Source: Balanoglossus misakiensis (Eukaryota; Animalia; Hemichordata). From it: 64,000 nt of DNA. The notes below the pieces were generated by a model. That model ran no database searches. It saw only the letters and a list, made by a program, of their open reading frames with translations, and was not told the DNA's origin. A program made the translations under genes and the position numbers. Location of the stretch: the NCBI GenBank assembly GCA_040954595.2, contig CM082591.2, positions 6,640,695 through 6,704,694 of the forward strand, read 5' to 3'. Every line of letters starts with the position of its first letter. Position 1 is the stretch's first letter. Below are positions 1 through 12,200 of the stretch, one piece after another.

Positions 1-345
1 GCCGACGCTAATTCGCGTGTGTGGACGCGTTACGTCGGCCCAGCTGACCCTTCACATGGTCATATTCGATAGGACAGTGTGTGAAATGACGGGTACCAGG
101 AGTAAGATGGAGAAAAAATCTGAGTCGACTCAATTTCAGGTATCAACTTTTGCTACGCAAGCGAGACCATATTACTCGATTCACAGTGCATGTAAGAGAC
201 GAATGAACGAACAAACGAGTGAATAAGATCACTACCTCCACCTTTCGAGGGCAAATTATTTCGTCTGACGATAGACAGTGATTTACATATCACTGTGTAT
301 CTAGTGACGTAATGGATTGGCTGTTGAACGGATGAGTGGGTTCGT

Positions 346-424
346 GAATGAATGAATGTACGAATGAATGTACGAATGAATGAATGAATGAATGAATGAA
401 TGAATGAATGAATGAATGAATGAA
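346..424. repeat. (GAAT)n microsatellite
   Basis: Directly visible. Confidence 0.95.
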
Positions 425-460
425 GTTAATACGTTTGTGATTTTGTAGGTAAATGTTTGA

Positions 461-676
461 AGGATATGAGAGTAAATCTCTCGCCAAAATGAATAAACGG
501 TATGTAGAGACTGATTGTTTATTTTTCACTCTCGTGTCTACAAGTGGGATATGGACATTGTGTGTGGTCGAACGTTGATTCACTATATATCCACACGTAG
601 AATAACATAAGAGGTGTCTTGTATGAAATACAATTAATGGAAACATGGCAAAGAGAAAGAGACCTTTTCCCTTTAA
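461..676. mobile_element. MITE family A, partial copy (other one-arm fragments at ~2174-2313, ~5400-5553, 7371-7447)
   Basis: Right arm gttgattcactatatatccac..gtgtcttgtat..ccct|ttaa matches the full copies. Confidence 0.75.
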
Positions 677-1149
677 CGCCCTAATAGCTGCTACACTTTT
701 ACCGTATTTTCAATCGATAATTATTTCATTTCCTTCTCCTCAGTCGACGAATTACACTATTTTGACTTTGTGAGTTTTTCAAATAGACTGCGCGCATACC
801 ACGACAGTTGCGTACTCTTGCAGTAGTCAGTTGAATAAATGGGTGTGGCACTTAAAGCGCCTAGCTCGTCTCACACGCATGTTCCAGCTGTAGCCGCTGG
901 TTACACACGTTTAGTGAACAGTCAATCCCATAAGGCAGTGCTAAGTCCTAACAACAGACAAGATGGCGGCGACCATAATCAGTGTCGGAGATCGTGAAAA
1001 GACACTAGCTTGGGTGAAAAGGAGGGACAAAACCAGAATCTACTTATACGGTATGCATGAAATATGGAAGGAAGCGAAGGCAGTCCATGCCACTATGCAT
1101 CGAACAGAAAATTTGCTGAACATTTGCTGGCTATACATAGGGAAAACTG

Positions 1150-1527
1150 ACTCGGTTACCCAGACCCCCCTGCTTCTTCCGTTGGGCACTCCAGAAAGAG
1201 GGTCTGGGGAAACCCCATAGACAAAGATGGCCGACTCGGGACAAAAGCGATGCATGATGGTCAACATTTATGACATACGATATTATGATATGACGATATT
1301 AGAAAACTATTTACCAAACTTCTCTTTCTCTTTTCAATTTGTAGACAGTTTCAGCAGGTCTAGCACGTCTCAGCATGTATTTTTAATGCTCGAGTCTGCA
1401 ACCATCATGCATCGCTTTTGTCGCGAGTCGGCCATCTTTGCCCGGAGATTTGTCTATGGGGTTTCCCCAGACCCTCTTTCTGGAGTGTCCAACGGAAGAA
1501 GCAGGGGGGTCTCGGTAACCGAGACTA
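1150..1527. mobile_element. Non-autonomous DNA transposon with ~110-bp TIRs ending AGACTA and 9-bp TSD (AcademH-like); partial second copy ~31810-32082
   Basis: GGAAAACTG at 1141-1149 and 1528-1536; arms ctcggttacccagaccccc... / ...ggggtctcggtaaccgag. Confidence 0.8.
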
Positions 1528-3109
1528 GGAAAACTGTTATGCGCATGCGTGTGAGACGAGCTAGGCGCTTTAATTTGTTCATATTAAATGTACAGTCCGA
1601 ATCAGAAGAGGATGATAAGCTTATGTATACCCGTCAGTAAGCTCATTTAAATGGACCACTCTAAGTTTGAGAGTAACTTCATGAAAATAATGCAAAAATT
1701 GGCAACTTTTGGGGCTTTAACGGTATTGAAATTGTCAAATTAGCCTGTTGATAATCTGTACACGACGGTGACCGCGGATTTTAATCATAAGTGCGACACA
1801 GACAGCTATTCGTTGTATTGTGTAGTCAATTTAATTTGAAATATACGCGATGACGTCACATCAAAGGATTTAATTATTTCCTGTATGATGTTAGTGTTCA
1901 CTCTCATGCATGTCCACACACAACGCCAGAATTAATAACAAATAGGGTGGGGTTTTTTTTTTTTGCTTTTTTACATACTATTTTATTATTTACGCAAATG
2001 TGAAATACAAGAATCACGCGATTCTATATACTTTAAAAAGTTACAAAAAGTATCCTCGACTTAAGTGTGGTCAGCAGCTGACCAAAAAACAACAACATAT
2101 AAAGTCAACATCTTGGCACCTTAAACATAAGCCACCACAAAATAAATCCAAGAAAACTGTAGGGTCCCTGAGCTCATATCCTACAAGCGGGATAGAAGCT
2201 GTTTGGTTGAATGTTGATTCTCTATATATCAACATGTAGAATAACATAAACAGTATCTTGTATCAAACTTAATCAATGGGGAAAGGGCAGCGAGGGAGAA
2301 ACTGTCCCTTTAAGAGAGCCGTTAAAAACTAGTAGGTAGACACGTTAGTGGTGTATTTGACACTGAAAATATTAGGAATCCATTTTGATTTGTATGCTTT
2401 TTCTGTCGTAGACTATTATACGTGGGTGGCTTTGCCCAAGAAGCTGCGTAATTTCTGATCTCTGCTCGCTTCAATATTTCAAAATATGTCAAAGTCACAA
2501 AAAATAAGAGAAAACTCTGGTGGCATTCAACGCGATGACGGTGATACCCCCAGTTGATCTCGCCTATGATCGTGAAATTGGAAACTTGGCCACCAACGTG
2601 GGTATGACAAATGGCTTCGAATGGAAATAGCGGCGCTTAGTTCAACTCTATGCCACCAGATACGTGACTGCAACAGACCCAAGAATCCTACAACGATGCA
2701 AAATAACTGATGACAAATGTCTTACACTTATAATGAATTATCTTTTTAGCAAGTTGAAGATGAATAGTTGTGAGAAATGCATAAACTTTAACCCGGATCA
2801 CGAGTTATACAACCTCCACACACGTTAACTTTGGTCCGTCTCACAGCACAAACTCACATGAAAACTTTTTTTTCTCAAATATATACTGTTTCTCATAAAG
2901 CACTGATCATAGCTTTGCATAGTGGTTAAAATTGTAGTTAGAAACCGAAACAAAAATACATTGGATCTCCTGATGATTCAAAAATATCAAAACTGTACAG
3001 TATTTACAAACTCAGTGGATAGGAAAATAACTACATGGTCATTCAGACTAAGCCGCGGTTTCATTATATAACACGTTAGAGATTATGTGTACCTGAAGCG
3101 GTTGTTCTC

Positions 3110-3458
3110 TTAAAGCCTCCAGAGCTGCCAAATTTCACATATTTTTTTCACAGTAAAATACTTCAAATATATTCCCTATCCTCTAAAATCCTCACCATTA
3201 AGCCATATTACTTGCATTTGCATCAATTTGTCATCTCTTGGCGACGCATACCATGATAGCTGTGTACTGTTTGTATGGAAGCTGATTAAATCGGTGTGGC
3301 ACCTGTTTAATATATTCAAATCGCTACATACAGTCACAATTGGGCATCGATAAGGTGTTCATGTATACCCATCAGTAAGCTTGTTTAGATGGACCGAATT
3401 CAGTTGGAAAATAAAATCATGAACATAATGCAAAAATTGGCAGCTCTAGAGGCTTTAA
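3110..3458. mobile_element. TTAA-flanked MITE family C (also composite 29598-30053 and interrupted copy ~673-1720)
   Basis: TIR AGCCTCCAGAGCTGCCAA / TTGGCAGCTCTAGAGGCT with TTAA at both ends; interior aligns with ~29727-30053. Confidence 0.8.
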
Positions 3459-3962
3459 TGGTTACAGTGGAAGTGTGAGTGTGAGTTCGGCGGTTCAACA
3501 TTTTAACGCATCAAGAAATGAACCCGCACCTCACTGAGAGTATCAATATTGTTGCATGACAGAAGAAGTCGTTAAAGCTCCAATAACTGCAACTTTGGGC
3601 TACTTTTTAAAACAAATTGTTTTGAGGTACCTTCTGTGGGTTTCTCGGTCTACTCTGTAAAACACAAACAGAATTGCTCAGTTTTTGTGTCTCAACAAAA
3701 CCCTTTTGTAGTAATTGGAATTCTTATTGTCGACGATTGAATTCAAGTCTGGACTTGAATTCTTTTGTCAACACGTAAACAATGGCTGTTAATAACAGGC
3801 TTTGTTGAGAAGCTGAAGACTGAACATTTCATACAGCTATCCAGAGTAGAACAAGAAACACTGGTGATACATGCGAGATACCGAAATAATAGCCAGAAGT
3901 TAGAGTTGCTGGAGTTAGAGTTCCTAAGGCGAGCGTGTGAACTTTCAAATCACACACCTATA

Positions 3963-4303
3963 TTAAAAAGCAAAGTCTCTCTCTCACTGCCCCACAAGAC
4001 ACCGTTTACTTTAAAAATACTTGGGTATAATTATGTAGTGAATAAAGGTTCACCCACACACAACATCCATCCCGCTTGTATGATATGAGAGTAAAAATTC
4101 GCCCAAAATGAATAAAAGGTTGAGAACGATAATTCATTTTGGCGAGTTTTTTTCACTCTCGTGTCTACAAGCAGGATGGAATATGTGTGTGTGGTTGAAC
4201 ATTAATTCACTATATATCCACTTGTAAAATAACATAAACAGTGTCTTGTATCAAACATAATTAACGGAAAAGGGGCGGCGAGAGAGAAACTTTGTCACGT
4301 TAA
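3963..4303. mobile_element. MITE family A, degenerate near-full copy
   Basis: Same arms (caaagtctctctctc...gtgtcttgtatcaaacataattaa...gagaaactttgtc), TTAA ends. Confidence 0.8.
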
Positions 4304-4613
4304 GCTGTCTGTCAACAATGCTCTAAACTTTTTACCGCGTTTGGCATGCGTTTTGTTGAGGAACGCCCCCAGCGGCTTACCGAGACTCTCCAAACGATCG
4401 GCAGAATTAAATCCTGTTATCAAAGTGCCCTTCTCACAGTAACAAAATAATTGGCTGGCTATTCAGAAGATCCTCATCTGACATGCTAATCATATTTAAT
4501 AATTCGTATGTTTGTCACCCTCTAGAAAATACAGAACAAAGAGAATTCCAACATTTGATTTGTTTTCGAAATATTCTTAAAGATACTATATTACAAATAC
4601 TACACCTTTACCA

Positions 4614-4973
4614 TTAAAGGGACAAAGTCTCTCTCTCGCTGCCATTTTTCCATTAATTATGTTTGATACAAGACATTGTTTATGTTATTCTACATGTGGA
4701 TATAGAGCGAATCAACGTTCGATCACACAACTTCCATCTCACTTGTAAACACAAGATTGAAAAACTCGCCAAAATGAATAATCAGTGTTTACCATTTACT
4801 CATTTTGGCGAGAGTTTTACTCTCATATCGTACAAACGGGATGGAGGTCGTGTGTGGTTGAACGTTCATTCACTATATATACACAATGTAGAATAACCTA
4901 AACAGTGTCTTGTATCAAAAATAATTAATGGAAAAAGGGCAGCGAGAGAGAGAGAGAGACTTTGTCGCTTTAA
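4614..4973. mobile_element. Fold-back MITE family A (TTAA-flanked, Kolobok-like termini AGGGACAAAG...CTTTGTCCCT), full copy
   Basis: TTAA at both ends; ~170-bp inverted arms around a short central loop. Confidence 0.85.
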
Positions 4974-5821
4974 ATGATCATAGAATAACCACCCAATGCA
5001 CTTGTGGGTACATCAGTGGACAAATCGGTGATGTCTCAGTGAAACGGTTGAACTCTGACCTGAGGATCCTCTTGAATACCTGGCTCCAATTATTCTGACA
5101 TTTTGTGCCTAAGTCCATCGCGACTGACGTCACAACTCAATCACCAGGGGTGACTATGGGGGCTGTAAAACAGCAACCCACTCACATTGGATAGGGCTAC
5201 AATATAAAAAGAGAAAGAGGCTACATTTTATGTGGTTTTACTTTGTGATGCTAGACAATCCTTATTCGGCATGCAGTTAGGAACTGTAATCTATAAAGTT
5301 CAGGTTTGACCAGTGATCTCACCAATCAACCAGGTTCTGGTTAACCCTACAACCAGTGTAGGCTGAATATGACCGTAAGGCCAAAATAAGTAAATGCACC
5401 GTTTTGCGTCTACAAGCTGCATGGAAGGTGTGTGTGGGTAAACATTGAATCACTATATATCCACATGTGGAATTATAAGAATAACATACACGGTGTCTTG
5501 TATCAAACATAATTAATGGGAAAAGGGCAGCGAGAGAGACATTGTCCCTTTAAGGTACCAGTGCTACGGAATAACTGAGTTTGTGGTAAATTTTCTGCAC
5601 ATGGGCATCTCCTTTCCCACACATAACCTTTGTGAACATTCAAGGATGCAAGACGGCGATTCAGCTTACTTTGCCCCTCCCCCTAAAAAGCATATACGTG
5701 GCAGCCTACGGTGTGATCGGCCATCTTTAGAAATATACATTAAATAAGAAAACTTACTCAAGCACAACCAATACACGATTAAAACTTAGCTAAGCCATTT
5801 TAAAACTCCTCATGCCACCAA

Positions 5822-6070
5822 TTAAAGTGAAGGGGTCGTCGCGCCGCGTTTGTTTGTTTATAAACATTACAATTCATCCACAAATCCCTGAAATTAGATA
5901 ATTCTTAGAATGAATGAAGCAGCCAACCGTACGCGTAGCATAGACTGGGCTTGACAGCAACTGAATATCCTAGTAGGTCGTGGCGACTGCAGTGGGGTTT
6001 GTGCTGGTATGGCAGGACATATTCTCATCAAGGGGGACACCCACGCGGCGCGACGACCCCTTCCCTTTAA
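5822..6070. mobile_element. TTAA-flanked MITE family E in the Alx 3' UTR (second, inverted copy ~42281-42515)
   Basis: TIR AGTGAAGGGGTCGTCGCGCCGCGT / ACGCGGCGCGACGACCCCTTCCCT with TTAA at both ends; 42281-42515 is its reverse complement. Confidence 0.82.
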
Positions 6071-6103
6071 ATATTGCTATGAATGTAATTTGCATATTTG
6101 AGA

Positions 6104-6466
6104 CTATTTCCCATATGCACCAATCATATTGATGGCCGCGACTGTATGGTGCTCTAAGGCGGCGCAGTGTTCTTTGGCGCGTAATCTCAGCGCCGCTATG
6201 CTATTGCTACGTCTCTCTGTGTCATTGCCCATGTCGCCGCCATTCAGATTGGGCGAGGCCGGCACGCCTGCTGTCGGTGGCGGCGCTATGTGGTTCAAAT
6301 GATTGCCTGAGGTAGCGACTCCCATGAAACTGGGTAATGTTGTGTGGGGTGACATACATGATGTGTGATGGGGGTGGCCTGCGGGTACGGCGTTGGCTAC
6401 GTTGACGTTGACACTGCTTGCCATGGTGGACATTGGCGAGATCGCTGGCCATGGTGAACTTTGAAC
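6104..6466 (-). CDS. alx: Alx terminal coding exon with OAR domain
   Basis: Acceptor acatccag|GTT CAA AGT TCA CCA TGG continues in frame into ORF 6104..6433; contains [12 protein letters not shown] and stop. Confidence 0.93.
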   Translation of the reverse strand, partial: VQSSPWPAISPMSTMASSVNVNVANAVPAGHPHHTSCMSPHTTLPSFMGVATSGNHLNHIAPPPTAGVPASPNLNGGDMGNDTERRSNSIAALRLRAKEHCAALEHHTVAAINMIGAYGK

Positions 6467-9189
6467 CTGGATGTGGAGACACAGAATGAAAAGGTTATGA
6501 TTTCTGTCGAGAGAAATAGTAGCTCCGTTTGTCTCAATAGTAGCTAATTTCGTCTACTCCGGGTCCCGAGACAAATCTTTAAACGTGGCCATGTAAGGGA
6601 AGCACTACTCCTAAAGTTTGGTTACATTACATTACATTACAGTACTCTGCTTTACATCACATTACATTACATCACATCACATTTCATTACTCTGCTTTGC
6701 AATACATTATATTACATTACTCTGCTTTACATCACATTACATTACATCACATCACATTACATTACTCTGCTTTACATTACGTTACATTACATCACATTAC
6801 ATAACATTACGTCACACTACATCACATTACATTACACTACATCACATCACATCACATTACATTACATTACTCTGCTTTACATTACATTACATCACACTAT
6901 ATCACATTACATCACATTACATTTACAGGGGAAGACAGAGATTATTCAAATACCTGTGCATATCCCTCGGCTCTGGGTGTAAATGACATGTCATAACCAT
7001 TTCCGTTCATGCCAGGCGGACGCACTGGCAATTGGCCAAAGCGTTCACGTTTCCTCCACTTCGCCCTCCGGTTTTGAAACCAAACCTTGAATGAAAGCAA
7101 ATTAGACGAGCGGCTTAACATCCCATGTATTCACAATTCATGTCCGGACTAGAATTCGTTTTTCAACTATAACAATGGTCGCTGCACGCCAACATGACTT
7201 GTTCATGAGCAGAAAAAAATGTTGTTGTTTTTTCAATATCATAGAGAAATTGTAGATGATGCACACAACATAGATACCGAAAATGTAGCCTTAAGTTAGA
7301 GATAGTGGATTCGAACGAGAAACCGACGTAAATATATACACCCACTAGATTTGTGCTCTGAATAACATTATTAAAGGGACAAAGTCTCTCTCTCGCAGGC
7401 CTTATTCCATTAATTATGTTTGATACAAGACACCGTTTTGTATTCTATGTTTATGTTGTATGCCTATACGTGCAGCGACAGTATCTACAAGAAAAGGTGT
7501 AGCTGTCTCTTGTGATCACCGGCTTTCTTATACGTACTGGGCTTGTACTAGTCTCAATGTATTATTGCTGTGTGCAACATTGGCGTGAAATAGGTGGACA
7601 TTTTCAAGTGACATATCAAGCCTTGAGCTCAGCTCATTAATCAGTAATGTAACTAGGGATATTAATATTGTTGTGACAACATTAAACTGCCTATCATTAA
7701 TATTATATTCTCAGCACACTATGGTTTACACATCGCTGGGGGTCCCGCGTAGTGCGAATACCCGGCGGGTCAAAGGTCAGAAACCCCTCGGTTGCAGGTT
7801 AGCACAAATTGTCCTTGCCTAATTTGTTTTGTTGTGTGTAATAACACGCGGCTATGTTTAGGATACAATTTCCGTTGAGGAATTCATTGGGATTCACTAA
7901 TTAATTGTGATGGCGATAGTTGTATTTGGAGGATCTCTGATATAAGGAAAGCGCCAAGGTTACAAGTGAAAGGGGTACAATTTTCAAACGAGGTCTAAAG
8001 TTCAAGAGATGGGGGCCAGGTTCTAAGCAAGTCGAGGCAGGAAATTCCCGCCTTTGTATGTTCGTTGATTTATCGGGTTATTGTTTCATGTTTCGTACTA
8101 AACAAACTATTAATATCTTCAAAATGTACTTCAGTCAGCCTTCTTCTGGGAACATATCAATGCTAAGCCTTGTAGAGTGGTTTGAAAAATAATTTCAACT
8201 AAGACGCGCGAGTAAGCTTAGACATGAATACGGCTTAAGGTTTTAATCATTCTGGATGTCAAAATTAATCAACTTGTGATATGTGGCAAATATATTCCCT
8301 AAACGAAAGGACTCATGGCGAAGTCCTTCTCGCAGTTTAAGATGTTTGTTGAGTTGAATAAACAGAAAAGACGGGACTGCGAGTCACCGCTCTGTTGGAA
8401 AACATTTTTACATTCTTCAAGTGGTAGGGGCATGGTCGGGGGGGGGGGGACGGAACATCTTTCATTGGCATTGAGAAGCACTGCTTATTGGTTTGTAGTG
8501 ACGGGTCAGTGAAAAACTATCCGGCGGCGTGAAATTTCAGTCACACACACAACGGTCTGCCGGCTCTCGCTCTCTCGGTCCACTGATCACTTCACAGCGA
8601 GGGCGGGATAAGTTGACAAGCGAATTATTGAATAGTACGCGGGGGTTTTGTGATGGAGCGAACGAGTACAGTTGCGGGGCTGCTATGACACCCGGCCGCA
8701 TCCGTCGCGGATTAAATTGTACATTACAAGACCGATGGGCGGTCAAAGAAACAATCCCAGTTCATAAAACTGTGGGCAGCCAGGCCTCTGGTGTAAGATC
8801 GAAGCAATTCCTGTATGTGTCAGCTACTGAAATTGCATTTATTTTCAGAACAAGTTATTCACAAGCCACGAGGTCGGGCCGCTGCTAATTTCAATCAAAT
8901 TACATGTACTCCGATTTAAATCGGATATTATTAAGAAATTACAGACACTGGCGTGTGTGCGTGCCACACCTTTGACGGGACGCTAAATTCTCTTATTTCT
9001 TGTTTAGCTTATTACTCACCAAACTTTGGTTGGTTGGTTGGTTGGTTGGTTGGTTGACCGACTGACTGACCGACCGACCGACTGACTGACTGACTGACTG
9101 AACGATTGATTAATTGATTGGTTGATTGATTAATCGATTGATTGACTTATTGATTAACTGATTGATTGGTCCTTCATTTTTCGTTCTTT

Positions 9190-9235
<46 letters not shown>

Positions 9236-12200
9236 TTTCTTTCAATCAATCTTCTTTCATCGAACGATGTCAAGACTAACGACTTTATCCCCGGTATCAA
9301 TCACTGTGTTTACGTTGTTATATGTTTAGCAACTTGATTTTGTAAAAGAGCCCATGAATGCCCATTACTGGACCACATGGCTGTAATTTGTCAAGTTGAC
9401 ATTCAACGGGAATTTAGATCTACGCCGAAATATTTTCCTGGAATAATTTTGATACTGGCGGTATGTGTGTACATGGATGGCTGTGCGGACGATTTCTGCA
9501 TTACTTAAAGGGACAAAGTCTCTCTCTCTCTCGCTGCCCCTTTTCCGTCATTTATGTTTGACACAAGACACCTTTCATGTTATTCTACATGTGGATATAT
9601 AGAGAATCCACATTCAACGATGCACAACTTCCATCCCGTTGGTAGGATATGAGAGTAAAAATCCCGCCAAAAAGAATAGATGGTAAACACCATTTATTCA
9701 TTTTGGCGAGATTTGTACTCTCATATCCTACAAATGGGATGTAAGTTGTGTGATTGAACGTTGATTCACTCTATATCCACATGTAGAACAATATAAACTG
9801 TGTCTTGTATCAAACATAATTAATGGAAAAAGGGCAGCGAGAGACAAACTTTGTCCCTTTAATGTCCAACATAACACTAGGCTTCCCGCGCTTCCCGCTG
9901 AATGTCGCTAACCGGGAAAATGTCATGTATTTAAAAGACGATTCCAAAGTACCCCCTTCGACCACCACCCCAAACCCCCGCGGGGCTGGGATGTTTTCCA
10001 ATTCTTTGTCGTGCAATACGTGCTCTGCTACAGAAAGCTGTCGAACGCAAGGCATAGGCACAAATAGTCTTTCGCACGTTCAGTGGCAACGGGGGCGCCC
10101 GTCGGCTGCAGGGGACCCCAAAATCGCTAATTGAAAAACAGTCCGCCCTCCACTGCACTGCTGAACGTGCATCTGGTGAAACGACTACCGCGTGATTTAT
10201 CGGAGGCGACATTAAAGACTAAATTAGGGCTATTTAAGTTCAATAAATTCCACTCAGGGCAATTGACATCTGACACCGTCGTCATAATTAATTTTAGGGA
10301 CATTACAAGGGGAATTATGCACCCAGTCAGAATCTCTTTCCTTCTCAATCAAAAGTAACAATTTAATACACTAGTTTATAGTTTGGGGGCGCATCTGTTG
10401 GGACGTGTTTACTTGTCCGTGGAAACTACCGAGAATTACCGTTTTACGGACCGTCAATTAAATTCTGAGTAGGACTGAAGTGGGACAGAGTGGCCTTAAT
10501 CGGCTAATGTGCGCGAATTCCGCGTGGAATTTCGAAGCCAAACGAATAGTTAGTCGTCCGGGGGAGGTGATACTTGCGAAGTCGCCCCAGCCGTGACACC
10601 CCGGGTCATAAATTTTGACAACCGCCGTGAATGAAATATTTTTACACCCAAAAATGTTGACATTTTCTGTGCTGAGAGATGGACTGCGCTGGCCGACGCC
10701 GCCGCCGAACGTGCTCCGGCGCTCTGAGAAAACAATTATTCGTCGCGGCTTCGGCGGAATGAAAATGCAAACTATGAACTTACGCTAGTAACTTTTCGAA
10801 GAGGCGTGCGTTCCTGGGTTAACATGAAGCCCAAGTGGTAGATTACGTCACAAAAAAAACACGGTTTGAGAAACGACTGACTTTGAGCCAAATAGCACAC
10901 TTTTATAGACTCTTGGTACATACTTATGTTAATTCCCCTAAATCCCACGACAGGGACGGGATGGGTAAATGTTGGTCAACATAAAAAGGCATGTCTAATC
11001 TACTTCTCCCGTTAAAGGGACAAAGTTTCTCCCTCTCTCTCGCTGCCCTTTTACCATTAATTGTGTTTGATACAAGGCACTGTTAATGTTAATGTACACA
11101 CAATGTGTATATGTAGAGAATGAACGTTCAACCACACACACCTTCCATCCTGCTTGTAGACACGAGAGTGAAAAACTCGGCAAAATTAATAATCTGACTT
11201 TACCATTTATTCATTTTGGGCGATTTTTTACTCTCATCTCATACGAGCGGGATGGAAGTTGTGTATGGTTGAACGTTCATTCACTATATATCCACATGTA
11301 GAATAACATAAACGGTGTCTTGTATCAAACATAATTAATGGAAAAAGGGCAGCGAGAGAGAGACTTTGTCCCTTTAAGAGAAGTATACACCGTCAACATA
11401 CATGTATGTACACTCCTCAGGAATAGTACACAGTACTTCAGTTAGGGCAATTTCAGTAAATCCACATACAAGAATCCTATACAAATCTCAAACACGTAAA
11501 ATTACTATGCCAGTGTTAATCTGCGGCCGGGTTGAAAAAAAACGCGAGAAAATTATACTACAAGTGTTTGTTACTGACACCGGGGTGATTGTAAAGTTAT
11601 AGTCTACCGTGACGAAATCTGTTGTTTTTCGTCTTTGAAATACTTCACTTTATTTCCTCGCGTGCGTTTTGGGCGTCTGCGGTCGGGGCAGCAGCTGGTA
11701 AGCTAATTTTGGTGATTTATTCTACTATTCACCATCTTGACTCAATTAATCACTCCGCTACGAACAAATAAAAATAACAGATGTTGTGTGCTGCCGTCTA
11801 CTATTTCAGTTTCCAGTCACACGGTGGATGGCTGGCTGAAAATTGCACAGAAATCACACGTGTACATTTTCCCAGGTTGTGAGAAAATATTACCGAAGAT
11901 ATTTGACCTCGCAATATCTAGCTGAAGGGTTTTCAAGACAGTTAAACTACACGTAACTACCAGTCTCCCTCTTCGACAGCACCTGTTCCTGTCTGTCCCA
12001 AGCAGACTGCCTCTCAAATGAATCTTCTCAGCGCCATGTCTGTCGGTCTGTCTCTCTCTCCCTCCCCCTCTCTCCCTCGAATCACTCCCTCTCTCTCACT
12101 CTTTCTACCTCGCCTCTTCTCTCTCTCGCTCTACCTCGCCCACCCTCTCTCTCTCCCTCTCTATCTGTCTGACTCTCTCTCTCTCTACCTCGCCCCCTCT

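Noticed and set aside
963-1640. ORFs sharing YGVSPDPLSGV on both strands (similar ones at 31828-32119)
   Set aside because: Produced by the long TIRs of a non-autonomous element; no transposase motifs.
4663-4896. Recurrent short ORFs with [23 protein letters not shown] (also 11086-11301, 35492-35707)
   Set aside because: Translations of MITE family A copies with inconsistent frames and stops, not a protein family.
6618-6986. 122-aa HYIT-repeat ORF
   Set aside because: Translation of the ATTAC satellite, antisense to an alx intron.
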